18,135 nucleotides of DNA from NCBI GenBank assembly GCA_038891515.1, contig JAWAEB010000029.1:1-18135 (forward strand), written 5' to 3'. The translations under genes were made by a program, and so were the position numbers. The DNA is from Nitrososphaerota archaeon (GTDB lineage Archaea > Thermoproteota > Nitrososphaeria_A > Caldarchaeales > Caldarchaeaceae). Shown piece after piece: positions 7,790 to 15,471 of the stretch. Each line of letters begins with the position of its first letter. Position 1 is the first letter of the stretch. Below the pieces are notes generated by a model that made no database searches, had not been told where the DNA came from, and worked only from the letters and a program-made list of their open reading frames with translations.

Positions 7790-8463
7790 ATGAACCCATG
7801 GCTGTCGTCATGGATTTTCAAACGATACATAGCCAATCAGAGGGTTGTCGTAGAGCCTGTGTGCGGGGTGGGGTGAACAGCTGTGTAGGCTCCTATCCTC
7901 ATCCAGCCCATAGCCTGCGGACTGCATGCCGGTCAAACATTCATCATCAACGACATAAACCCCAGCTATGCTATAACAGCACATGGTATTATTTCGGAGC
8001 TTCTGAGGTTTACGAACCACAGCTCGTCGGTGTTTAAGTTCGAAGGCCCCGCCGAGACACTGCATTATACGCTCAGACGATTGTCTCTGGAGCACGGTTT
8101 GCCTATCCGAGGGGGGTCGCTAACACTGTGGTGTTCAGCCCGCCCTACTGCAACATCATGTCTTCGCCGAAGAAGGAGCTACGTGGCTTCGCTAAGGATG
8201 AGGTGAGGACTTTTCTTGGTGGCAACTACAGGGCTTTCATACAGCAAATCATAGCCTCGGCCTACATCATGCTGAGGCGGTTCGGCTGGTGTGTTGTCGT
8301 CGTTAAGCATACTGTTTCGACGGCTCCGAAGCTTCGGATTCCAGAGACTGTGGAAGAGACTATGAAGACGATTGGATTTAAAAACGTTGAGAGACATGTT
8401 TTCCAGCTAGCCAAGCCTTCGGCCTACTTCGAGTTGCATAAAAGCCGTGGACATACCTGCTAA
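7790..8463 (+). pseudogene. DNA amino-methyltransferase-like gene, broken by TGA, TAG and one frameshift
   Basis: MNPWLSSWIFKRYIANQRVVVEPVCGVG*TAV*APILIQPIACGLHAGQTFIINDINPSYAITAHGIISELLRF... in frame 2, then TIVSGARFAYPRGVANTVVFSPPYCNIMSSPKKEL... in frame 1. Motif I (EPVCGVG) and motif IV (SPPY) are present. Confidence 0.65.
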
Positions 8464-8851
8464 CACCTCAGATACGAATATGTTATCATTGGTCAGAAGA
8501 CCGCTCAACGTCCATTTGCGGGGGCTGAGGCCAATGCCTGAAACCGCTTTAGAAAGCATCAGAGACAGATACGCAGACCTCTTCATCCTTGCTGGTGATA
8601 AGGCTGAGTTTGAGAGGCTTATAGAGGCCGTGGACAACGCGGTTAACACCTCTATCTCCGACGACGTCGGCGTAATAGCCAAGTTTATGGCTTTAACTAA
8701 TGCTGAGAAAACCATCGACTCTTTCGCAGACTTCTACAGGAGATACATTCAGCCAACGGTTGTCAACAACTTGTCTGAAGACCTTAGATGGGTTCTGGAG
8801 AAGGCCAGAGAAACAGCGACAATACTATGGCTGGAGGGATGTAAGAGATGA
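8447..8851 (+). CDS. hypothetical protein
   Basis: 134 aa ORF overlapping the methyltransferase end by 17 nt; helical composition, no recognised motif. Confidence 0.45.
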   Translation: MDIPANTSDTNMLSLVRRPLNVHLRGLRPMPETALESIRDRYADLFILAGDKAEFERLIEAVDNAVNTSISDDVGVIAKFMALTNAEKTIDSFADFYRRYIQPTVVNNLSEDLRWVLEKARETATILWLEGCKR

Positions 8852-9044
8852 TGGCCACCCCGAATAGGGGTTTATAAACCTCTCGGGAAAGTAGGTAGAA
8901 TAGGCTCATATCTGTCTAGGGTGCTGAGGATTAAGCTGTGGCCCTAGCTTACTCAATGTCTCCGAGTACCATGGCCCTCGTATCTGAAAAATGTGGACAC
9001 ATTGGGACACTTGCTACTACATGGTTGATCACAAGCATCGCATT

Positions 9045-9296
9045 CTAACCCCTCTTCCTAAGGGTAGCCCTAACAGCTATAATCATGCCGGAACTCGCGT
9101 CGCCAGCAGTCAAAACGTATACCACCTTTCCCGAGAGTTTCATCTTGCTCTCATCTACTACATTAACTCTCCTTTCGTCTATCGCGGGACCTAGGAGAGC
9201 CCTGCCAACAATCCTAACACGTAGACCAAAGCCCCGATAATGCAGGCTGAAGACCTGTGTGTCGGCGATTAGGCCCGTCTCAAAGTATGAACCTTA
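9045..9296 (-). other. unlisted open frame without a good start codon, possible 3' gene remnant
   Basis: Manual translation: GSYFETGLIADTQVFSLHYRGFGLRVRIVGRALLGPAIDERRVNVVDESKMKLSGKVVYVLTAGDASSGMIIAVRATLRKRG*. Protein-like composition, no ATG/GTG/TTG near the 5' end. Confidence 0.3.
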
Positions 9297-10164
9297 GTGA
9301 AAACAGGGTATGAAGGGAGAGGAGGGGTGACTTCAGAAGGCCTAGTCGAACCAAGCATTGCTGGAGTCTCCGTTGTTTTCTCTCGATCGTGAATCCTATG
9401 TGTTTGTAGAACGTCAGCCGAAAGGCAGCAGGAATGTGGAGAATGTAGACGTCCTTCTTTGTATAGTGTATTTTACCGCTTCTCGGCTCTTTGATAGGTG
9501 TTCCACTCTTTGTTTGAAGACGTGGTTCTGTCGTATTTACACCCATTGAAGACAACAGACTCCAAATATAGTTCAGCAGTGCTAAGTCAGTGTTGGATAC
9601 AGTTATCACTCCATCCTTCCGTACACTGCCTTCGCTGTCAAAGAACCCCCTTAGGAATGCCGACTTGCATTCTTCGTCATGTCCCACGAATTTTCTGACT
9701 TTCTCTAAGTTGATGGGCTTCATCAGTAGTTGGTATAGCGTTTTGGACTGAACGGCGATGACGAATAACCTTCCTGACCATTTCGGCTTTGGCGGCTCTC
9801 GTCCCAAAATTACTCCAAGACACCTTGAGAATTCCTCGGCGAACTCTCTATCCTTCACCATCAACCCTATGGACGCTCTTTGATAGGATTTTTGAGGTCG
9901 TTTTTTCCGCCACACGTATCCGTCGCCAGCGACAACTCCGATGACGTACGCGAGCTCTTTAGAAGGTCTGAGAACTTCTACTGATGGTATTCGTATGCCG
10001 TTGTATGGGTTATGGATTTGTCGAACCCATTCACTGATGTGGGATTTTCTTAACGTTATGCCACGTTCCTGCCTTATGATATCAATGATTCTACTGTAGG
10101 AGAACCCTTCTTCCCTGAGTCTTCTCACGTCTTCGTATAGTTTTATCCGCAGCTCTCTCGGCAT
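9280..10164 (-). CDS. free-standing LAGLIDADG homing endonuclease with N-terminal HTH-like region
   Basis: LAGLIDADG-type helices ELAYVIGVVAGDGYV and SAFLRGFFDSEGSV; N-terminal PRELRIKLYEDVRRLREEGFSYSRIIDIIRQERGITLRKSHISEWV looks like HTH. ATG at 10164 preferred over 10494 because the extension is low-complexity GC-rich sequence. Confidence 0.85.
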   Translation of the reverse strand: MPRELRIKLYEDVRRLREEGFSYSRIIDIIRQERGITLRKSHISEWVRQIHNPYNGIRIPSVEVLRPSKELAYVIGVVAGDGYVWRKKRPQKSYQRASIGLMVKDREFAEEFSRCLGVILGREPPKPKWSGRLFVIAVQSKTLYQLLMKPINLEKVRKFVGHDEECKSAFLRGFFDSEGSVRKDGVITVSNTDLALLNYIWSLLSSMGVNTTEPRLQTKSGTPIKEPRSGKIHYTKKDVYILHIPAAFRLTFYKHIGFTIERKQRRLQQCLVRLGLLKSPLLSLHTLFSLRFIL

Positions 10165-10230
10165 GTATGGGCCTCTTCTTACTGTCGTAGTGTGTTTAGG
10201 AAATTTTTGCGGGATTGTTTCAGATGTCTT

Positions 10231-10505
10231 CGAACCCCTCCCCTCTCCAGATGCCCAGGCCTTGTCGAGGGATGGCGGGCATCCAGACCATCCCCCGCCC
10301 CCTGCAGCATTGGGTTGCTCTGGCCCGGGAGCAGACCCCTCCCCAACGCCGGAGGCAGGGCCTTCAACCATGTCCCCCGTGGACATGGCTCTCCCGGGAA
10401 GGCCTGGGCCGCCGGAGAGCATCCCCGACAGGAGGAAAGAACCTCCCGCCGGAGAACCACTCTCCAGCGGAAGGCCCTCCCATCGGGGAAACATGAAGGG
10501 GTTTG
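10231..10505. ncRNA. candidate structured RNA in a GC-rich segment, strand unresolved
   Basis: Terminal helix 10231-10238/10498-10505 (8 bp, one G-U); internal perfect helices CCATGTCC/GGACATGG (8 bp, 5-nt loop), GCTCTCC/GGAGAGC (7 bp), TCCCCGA/TCGGGGA (7 bp) enclosing GGAGG/CCTCC and GGAGA/TCTCC. Markedly GC-richer than its surroundings. Confidence 0.5.
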
Positions 10506-10570
10506 TCTTAGATTGCTTTAGCGTTTATTGTTAAAATCAGCTGCGGCGACGATGGTTTTCCCTTGGCTGT

Positions 10571-10638
10571 TCAGGCTCTAGCGCCTGACCTGTTTGAGAG
10601 CACGAACGCTCTCTTTCTGCGGGAGCTCGAGCGCTCCC
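10571..10638. repeat. three tandem 18-nt hairpins at exact 25-nt spacing
   Basis: TCAG-GCTCTAGCGC-CTGA (10571-10588), GAGA-GCACGAACGC-TCTC (10596-10613), GGGA-GCTCGAGCGC-TCCC (10621-10638). Shared core GCWCKARCGC; outer 4 bp differ but stay complementary; 7-nt spacers. Confidence 0.75.
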
Positions 10639-11328
10639 CAACAGCCCCAGCCACACAAAGGGGCATTACACCTTCTCCCTCCACGTGTGGCCGTGTGTAT
10701 GGTGTTCTGGCTTTGTAAAAAATTTATCTTCCCACTTTCAGCCATCTCTCATACCTCAAATCTAAATCTCTATGATGCTGTTTAGACCAATTAAACTCGA
10801 AAAGGGTTTATATTCGAAAAGTCTGGTTGTAGGGGTAAAGGGGTGCTGGTGTGTATGGGGTGGCAAAGGGAGGTTGTGTTTTTGAGGCTCGTTTGAATAG
10901 TCTTCTGGCGGCTGGCAACCTTCAAACAGGCCATCCACCTGCGTGGCGTTATAATACGTTCTAGAATCAGCCATCAGCCCATCCATCTCAATTTTCAGTT
11001 CTTTAGGGGAAGGGTGTGAAGCTAAAACCCACTCACATCACACTAAGAAACCCAAGCCTCCAAATAGGAACGAATCTGGATAGTACATTAGCTCGTGGTT
11101 AGGACGAGCTGACCAGCTTAGGCGTGATATCCAGTAGGGGTTGAGTAAGATCTCAGGGCGAATGGATTATCAACCTCCCAAAAACATCCCGCATGGTAAA
11201 AGGTATGGACTAGGAGCAGATAGCCTCCGGATAAGGAGCGGTATTTTATGGGCTTAGGCCTGTCACGAATGTCTAAGAACATTTGTCAGGTTTTCCTCTA
11301 GACTAAGTTTTAGGCGGTGTATAACCGT

Positions 11329-11599
11329 GGGCAAGACAGCTGCAAGTTGCTGGCTCTGACAGATTCCTATGATAGGATCTGCCTAAATTCTTTTCCATTC
11401 CTTAAGAGCGCTCTCAAACAATCTCTAATTCTATGGGCAGTTACTGTGTGGGTCCATGGTATCCACGGGCATTGAGAAACACGGACTAAATGAGCACCAG
11501 AGAATCGCCATTAGGAACGAGCTTGAGAGGTTCTTCAGACACCTCAAGAAAAGGACGTGTATCCCACCAAAGGCTACGCGCAACACACAATGCGCATGA
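11329..11599 (+). pseudogene. broken DDE transposase remnant (IS6-like)
   Basis: Across frames: FLKSALKQSLIL..., GPWYPRALRNT and GLNEHQRIAIRNELERFFRHLKKRT, resembling the C-terminal DDE region of IS6-like archaeal transposases. Confidence 0.6.
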
Positions 11600-11613
11600 A
11601 ATATATACGAGTA

Positions 11614-11686
11614 TAGCCCGGGCCGGATTCGAACCGGCGTCGAGGGGTCCAAAGCCCCCCATCCTTGGCCGCTAGACGACCGGGCT
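11614..11686 (-). tRNA. tRNA-Gln (anticodon TTG)
   Basis: AGCCCGG TC GTCTAGCGGCCAAGGAT G GGGGG CTTTGGA CCCCT CGAC GCCGG TTCGAAT CCGGC CCGGGCT A: full cloverleaf; anticodon loop C-T-TTG-G-A. Confidence 0.93.
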
Positions 11687-11719
11687 TCATTTAATCTTAG
11701 CTACCGTATGATAAAAAAT

Positions 11720-12010
11720 TTATGGCTTCTGGTTTAGCCTCATGTTGATTAGGTCCGCCATGACGTGGTTCCGGCATATAATGGTGACTCTCTTTACACC
11801 CTCCACTCGGGAGGCTATTGCTTTGACCGCCTCTGCGTATGATAATGCTGTGGGCGTATATGGGTCTCTCGGCGTTATTGTGAGGATTACGTCACCGCCC
11901 CCCAGCTCCTCTATAGCAATGTCAATTGTGAGTGGGAATGCAGGAGCTCCGGAGGTAGGGTCCCGTATGCGGGTGAGGGATTTGTAGAGTCTCTGGGCCA
12001 GCTCTCCCAT
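11720..12010 (-). CDS. DUF59/MIP18-like (FSCA fold) protein
   Basis: 96 aa from ATG 12010: MGELAQRLYKSLTRIRDPTSGAPAFPLTIDIAIEELGGGDVILTITPRDPYTPTALSYAEAVKAIASRVEGVKRVTII. DPxxG helix and the TxxxPxxxxLxxxVxxAxxxxxGVxxVxI pattern. Confidence 0.6.
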   Translation of the reverse strand: MGELAQRLYKSLTRIRDPTSGAPAFPLTIDIAIEELGGGDVILTITPRDPYTPTALSYAEAVKAIASRVEGVKRVTIICRNHVMADLINMRLNQKP

Positions 12011-12083
12011 ACATATGTGATGGGTTGCTGTGGAATTTAAGGATGGGAAAAGACTAAATGAAGGTCTTTGACATGTTTGGGCT

Positions 12084-12419
12084 GTGGAAGGCGAAGGCTC
12101 TGAGCTGGAGAAAGTAGTGCATAGGCTTTCTGAAGTGGAGTCGGAGTTGGATAAGCTTGTGGCCGAGGCTGGCAGGGCGGGGAGAGAGCTTGTTCTCACC
12201 GCCGAGAAAGAGGCTGTGAACCTCAAGGCTAAGCTCTTGGCCGAGATGCAGTCCGTTCAGGAGAGGCTTCTCGCAGAGACCAGCGCAGAGGCGGAGGCTA
12301 GGGCTAGGGAGATAATGGAGAAGGCTGAGAGAGAGGCGGCTGAGGTTAGGGCGAGGGCGGAGAGGCGGGTGGATGAGGCTGTTAGGCTTGCTGTCTCGGC
12401 TCTGCTGGGGGAGCGCTAG
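12084..12419 (+). CDS. A-type ATP synthase subunit H-like coiled-coil protein
   Basis: 111 aa, Ala/Glu/Arg-rich coiled coil immediately upstream of subunit C; GTG start. Confidence 0.65.
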   Translation: MEGEGSELEKVVHRLSEVESELDKLVAEAGRAGRELVLTAEKEAVNLKAKLLAEMQSVQERLLAETSAEAEARAREIMEKAEREAAEVRARAERRVDEAVRLAVSALLGER

Positions 12420-12431
12420 AGAGGCAGTGGC

Positions 12432-13490
12432 TTGATGCGGGAGATAAAGCTGGACTCGGTTTACAGTGTTGCAAGGTCCTATGCGTTAAAGTCGTATCTC
12501 CTCCCATATCCAAGCATCGAAGAGCTGGTTGACTCTAGGAGCCTTGAAGATTTCGTGGATAGGTTGAGGGCAACACCCTACGGGAGCCACCTAGCACAGA
12601 TGCAGCGTCCAATCACTCCTATTAGGGTTGAGCGGGCCCTCTGGAGGAGCCTTGTGGACACACACTTTAGCATGATGAGAACCTCCCACAATAGGCCCAT
12701 CCTTGACGCCTACTTCAGCCGACACCTACACATCAACCTCAAGGCCGTTCTGAGGGGGAAGGCCATAGGCAAATCCTATGAAGAGATTATGGAGACTGTG
12801 GACCTCTACCCGGAGACGCTGCTCCATGTTAGAGATCAGGTGATGAGGGCTGTGAACGCCCGAGACATTCAGTCTGCTGTTGCGGAGGTGGCGAAGACAG
12901 AGCTGGGAAATGTGGCCAGAATCTCTTTGAGAGTCTGGAGTGAGCATAAGGATCTGGCCGCCTTCGACGCCGCGGTGGATAGGATATTCCTTGAGAACTT
13001 GCTGACCAGCTACCAACGCCTGTCCAAGAGCGATAGGAAGGACTACAAAGCGATAATCTCACTAGATGTGGACACGGGCATAGCTGTCACAATATTGAGG
13101 CTGAGGAGCTGGGGGGTTCTACCGCCGGATGTGGTGAAGTTCATACCTAAGGCCGGTGTGGAGATAGGTGATGAGGATATTAGAGGCCTTCTGGATGTGA
13201 AGGAGCCGGGTGAGGCTGTTTCCATCCTCTCAGGGGCTTTCGCCTGGCTCAGGACAACCGCTGTCAAGGATTTCCAGACTCTTATTAGGGAGCTGGAGAG
13301 GATGGCAGTGGAAGCCAAGATATCTCTAGCGTCCAAATACTACTTCAGGAGACCGATGAGAAACGTTCTCACACTTGCAATACTTATCCTGAAGGAGGCC
13401 GAGGTCAGGAATCTCGCCACGATTGCCACCGGATTGTATGAAGCCCAACCCAGCTCAAGCATCATCTCAAGGCTAGTCAAGACTGTCTGA
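12432..13490 (+). CDS. atpC: A-type ATP synthase subunit C
   Basis: 352 aa helical protein with the AhaC/NtpC pattern ([41 protein letters not shown]...). Confidence 0.8.
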   Translation: MMREIKLDSVYSVARSYALKSYLLPYPSIEELVDSRSLEDFVDRLRATPYGSHLAQMQRPITPIRVERALWRSLVDTHFSMMRTSHNRPILDAYFSRHLHINLKAVLRGKAIGKSYEEIMETVDLYPETLLHVRDQVMRAVNARDIQSAVAEVAKTELGNVARISLRVWSEHKDLAAFDAAVDRIFLENLLTSYQRLSKSDRKDYKAIISLDVDTGIAVTILRLRSWGVLPPDVVKFIPKAGVEIGDEDIRGLLDVKEPGEAVSILSGAFAWLRTTAVKDFQTLIRELERMAVEAKISLASKYYFRRPMRNVLTLAILILKEAEVRNLATIATGLYEAQPSSSIISRLVKTV

Positions 13491-13758
13491 TGCGGAAGCC
13501 AATATGGCCTTGGGCTGGCCCGCTCCAAGACACCTCAACTTTATCAACCCTGGCGGAGGGAGGGCCCCTATGACACCACTCCACCAGCCTGCGTACACTA
13601 TCTTCAGAGCCCTCGGCGTAAGCTTCCACACTTCCATCAGGCAGGTTTCTCACCCAACCCGAAACACCGAGACCGTCAGCCACATCCTTCATGTTAACCC
13701 TGAAGAAGACGCCCTGAACCCTTCCATAGACACGGATATGGGCTGAAACCCTTCTCAT
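13477..13758 (-). CDS. acyP: acylphosphatase
   Basis: 93 aa; [41 protein letters not shown] is the acylphosphatase signature. Confidence 0.95.
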   Translation of the reverse strand: MRRVSAHIRVYGRVQGVFFRVNMKDVADGLGVSGWVRNLPDGSVEAYAEGSEDSVRRLVEWCHRGPPSARVDKVEVSWSGPAQGHIGFRIRQS

Positions 13759-13791
13759 ACTTATATCACCTCACCAGCAATATTTATTGAA

Positions 13792-14943
13792 TTGCCGGGT
13801 TCCGATGTGGCTGTTGTGGGAGCTGGGCCGGCGGGCCTATTGGCGGCTAGGGAGCTGGCCAGAAGAGGGGTTTCCGTCTTGGTCTTCGAGGAAGACCGAA
13901 CAATAGGCAGACCAGAGAGATGCGCCGGACTCTACAGCATCTCAGGACTAAAGTCTCTAGGACTCCCACTGGATGGACCCTATGTCCAAAACACGGTGCG
14001 TGGAGCAACGTTCATCTCACCAAGCGGTCACAGCTTCGTGGTGGAGGCAGCAGATGATGTTGCTGTTGTCTGTAATAGGGAGAGGTTTGATCAGTATATC
14101 GCTGAGACGGTTTTGGATGTTGGCGGGTGCCTGAGGCTCGGCGAGCGGGTCAGGAGTATTAGAAAGTTGGACGGCGGCTTCGGAGTCGAGGCAGGCGACG
14201 GGCTCTACAGTGCGGCATATCTCATAGTGGCTGAGGGTAGGCGGGCCCACATAGCTAGGCAGGTACATCCAAGGTATGGGCTGGGGAGGTGGACGCCGAT
14301 CATACAGTATCAGGTGGCGGGGCATGGAATGAACCCCAGCCATGTCTACTTGTTCTTCACTCACTATCTACCCGACTTCTTCGCATATCTCGTCCCTGTT
14401 GACGAGCGAATTGGGAAGGTGGGGGTTGCAGCCATGCGTGACACTTGGGGAGCGGGCCGGAAATTCCTCCATCAATACTTTCCCAAGAGCCGTGTGGTAG
14501 GAGTCTCATCCTCATCCATCTACGTTGGCCCCCCACTAGACGAGCCCATGTGGGATGGCGCCTTCCTAGTGGGTGATGTGGCTGGTCAGGTTAAGTCTAC
14601 GACAGGGGGAGGGGTTATATATGGTGGGCTATGCGCCATCGCTGCGGCTAGACACATAGCAGGTGAGGGTGAGTTCGGCAGACTAGCCTCACCTCTCCTC
14701 ACTGAGCTGAGGAGAACATACCTTCTCAGGAGGCTTGTGTCTAGGCTTGACGCCAGAACGCTGGACATCCTCTTCCATGCAGTGAGTGAAAGCGGCCTAG
14801 ATGCTAGGATTGGTGAGGTAGGTGATATGGAGCGACACCTTCCCACTATCGCTAGATCGTTGCTCCACATGAGAGGGTTATCCTTCATCACCCACCTGCT
14901 AAAGACTTACCTGGTGGATGGGGCGGCAAGACTTAAAAGCTGA
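13792..14943 (+). CDS. geranylgeranyl reductase family FAD-dependent oxidoreductase
   Basis: 383 aa; VAVVGAGPAGLLAARELARRGVSVLVFEEDRTIGRPERCAGLYS, and GAFLVGDVAGQVKSTTGGGVIYGG; TTG start. Confidence 0.9.
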   Translation: MPGSDVAVVGAGPAGLLAARELARRGVSVLVFEEDRTIGRPERCAGLYSISGLKSLGLPLDGPYVQNTVRGATFISPSGHSFVVEAADDVAVVCNRERFDQYIAETVLDVGGCLRLGERVRSIRKLDGGFGVEAGDGLYSAAYLIVAEGRRAHIARQVHPRYGLGRWTPIIQYQVAGHGMNPSHVYLFFTHYLPDFFAYLVPVDERIGKVGVAAMRDTWGAGRKFLHQYFPKSRVVGVSSSSIYVGPPLDEPMWDGAFLVGDVAGQVKSTTGGGVIYGGLCAIAAARHIAGEGEFGRLASPLLTELRRTYLLRRLVSRLDARTLDILFHAVSESGLDARIGEVGDMERHLPTIARSLLHMRGLSFITHLLKTYLVDGAARLKS

Positions 14944-14962
14944 CATGGGTGATGGATGCATA

Positions 14963-15142
14963 ATGAGTGTGCAGCAAACTGTTCCCGTATGCAGCTGGTG
15001 CCACAGGCCGATAATACCTAGCGAGTCAGCCGTCTCCTTCCCATGCCCCAGCTGCGGCAAGTCAGTCATATGGCGTTGCGAGGTATGTAGGGAGCTCGCT
15101 AGGCCCTATGTATGCCCAACCTGCTGGTTCAGAGGGCCGTGA
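14963..15142 (+). CDS. small zinc-ribbon protein of the HVO_2753 type
   Basis: Start moved to ATG 14963; CSWCHRP...FPCPSCGKSVIWRCEVCRELARPYVCPTCWFRGP, four CxxC pairs; directly upstream of aEF1-beta. Confidence 0.85.
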   Translation: MSVQQTVPVCSWCHRPIIPSESAVSFPCPSCGKSVIWRCEVCRELARPYVCPTCWFRGP

Positions 15143-15153
15143 GGGGACTGCTA

Positions 15154-15423
15154 ATGGCCAATGTCCTGCTCGTCGTAAGAGTGTACCCAGAAACCCCCGA
15201 AGTTGACTTGTCTGGGATTCTGGAGAATATTAGAGCCGGTCTTCCCCACGGCGTTAGACTCAAGGACCATAAAGTTGAGGAGATGGGTTTCGGGCTACAA
15301 TCACTCTTGCTGGGCCTAACTATGCCCGACAGCGAAGGTGTATCAGAATCTGTGGAACGGTCCCTGCAGAGCGTCCCAGGCGTCTCAGAGGTAAACGTGG
15401 AGAGGGTTACGAGAATACTCTAA
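15154..15423 (+). CDS. ef1b: archaeal elongation factor 1-beta
   Basis: MANVLLVVRVYPETPEVDLSGILENI...VRLKDHKVEEMGFGLQSLLLGLTMPDSEGVSESVERSLQSVPGVSEVNVERVTRIL. Start moved to ATG 15154. Confidence 0.92.
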   Translation: MANVLLVVRVYPETPEVDLSGILENIRAGLPHGVRLKDHKVEEMGFGLQSLLLGLTMPDSEGVSESVERSLQSVPGVSEVNVERVTRIL

Positions 15424-15471
15424 AGCGTTTAGAATCGGTTACGCTTAAATTATCCTAGTCACCGGTCTGGG

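Noticed and set aside
7018-7888. Genetic recoding (TAG/TGA readthrough) as a shared explanation for in-frame stops
   Set aside because: The nearby frameshifts, a missing start codon and the use of ordinary stops elsewhere favour decay or sequence error; no suppressor tRNA was seen.
10231-10505. Assignment as RNase P RNA or SRP RNA
   Set aside because: GGAGGAAAG at 10431 superficially resembles the RNase P GAGGAAAGTCC motif but sits about 200 nt from the 5' end and forms a local hairpin. The ACAGAA-type 3' motif and the archaeal SRP 5' motif were not found.
10163-10534. Plus-strand ORFs 10163..10534, 10192..10521, 10215..10496 and the 404-aa minus extension as genes
   Set aside because: All overlap the GC-rich segment and encode low-complexity Pro/Gly/Ser-rich strings; open frames on both strands are expected from high GC.
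10650-10691. GCCACAC/GTGTGGC inverted repeat
   Set aside because: Only 7 bp with a 28-nt loop and no recurrence; too weak alone, though it could belong to the same structured region.
11490-11675. Plus-strand 61-aa ORF
   Set aside because: It overlaps the tRNA-Gln antisense (ARAGFEPASRGPKPPILG is the classic tRNA antisense translation) and its upstream part is the transposase remnant.
12010-12226. N-terminal extension of the minus ORF 11720..12226
   Set aside because: Residues before MGELAQ are the antisense of the ATPase H-like gene; the ATG at 12010 is the better start.
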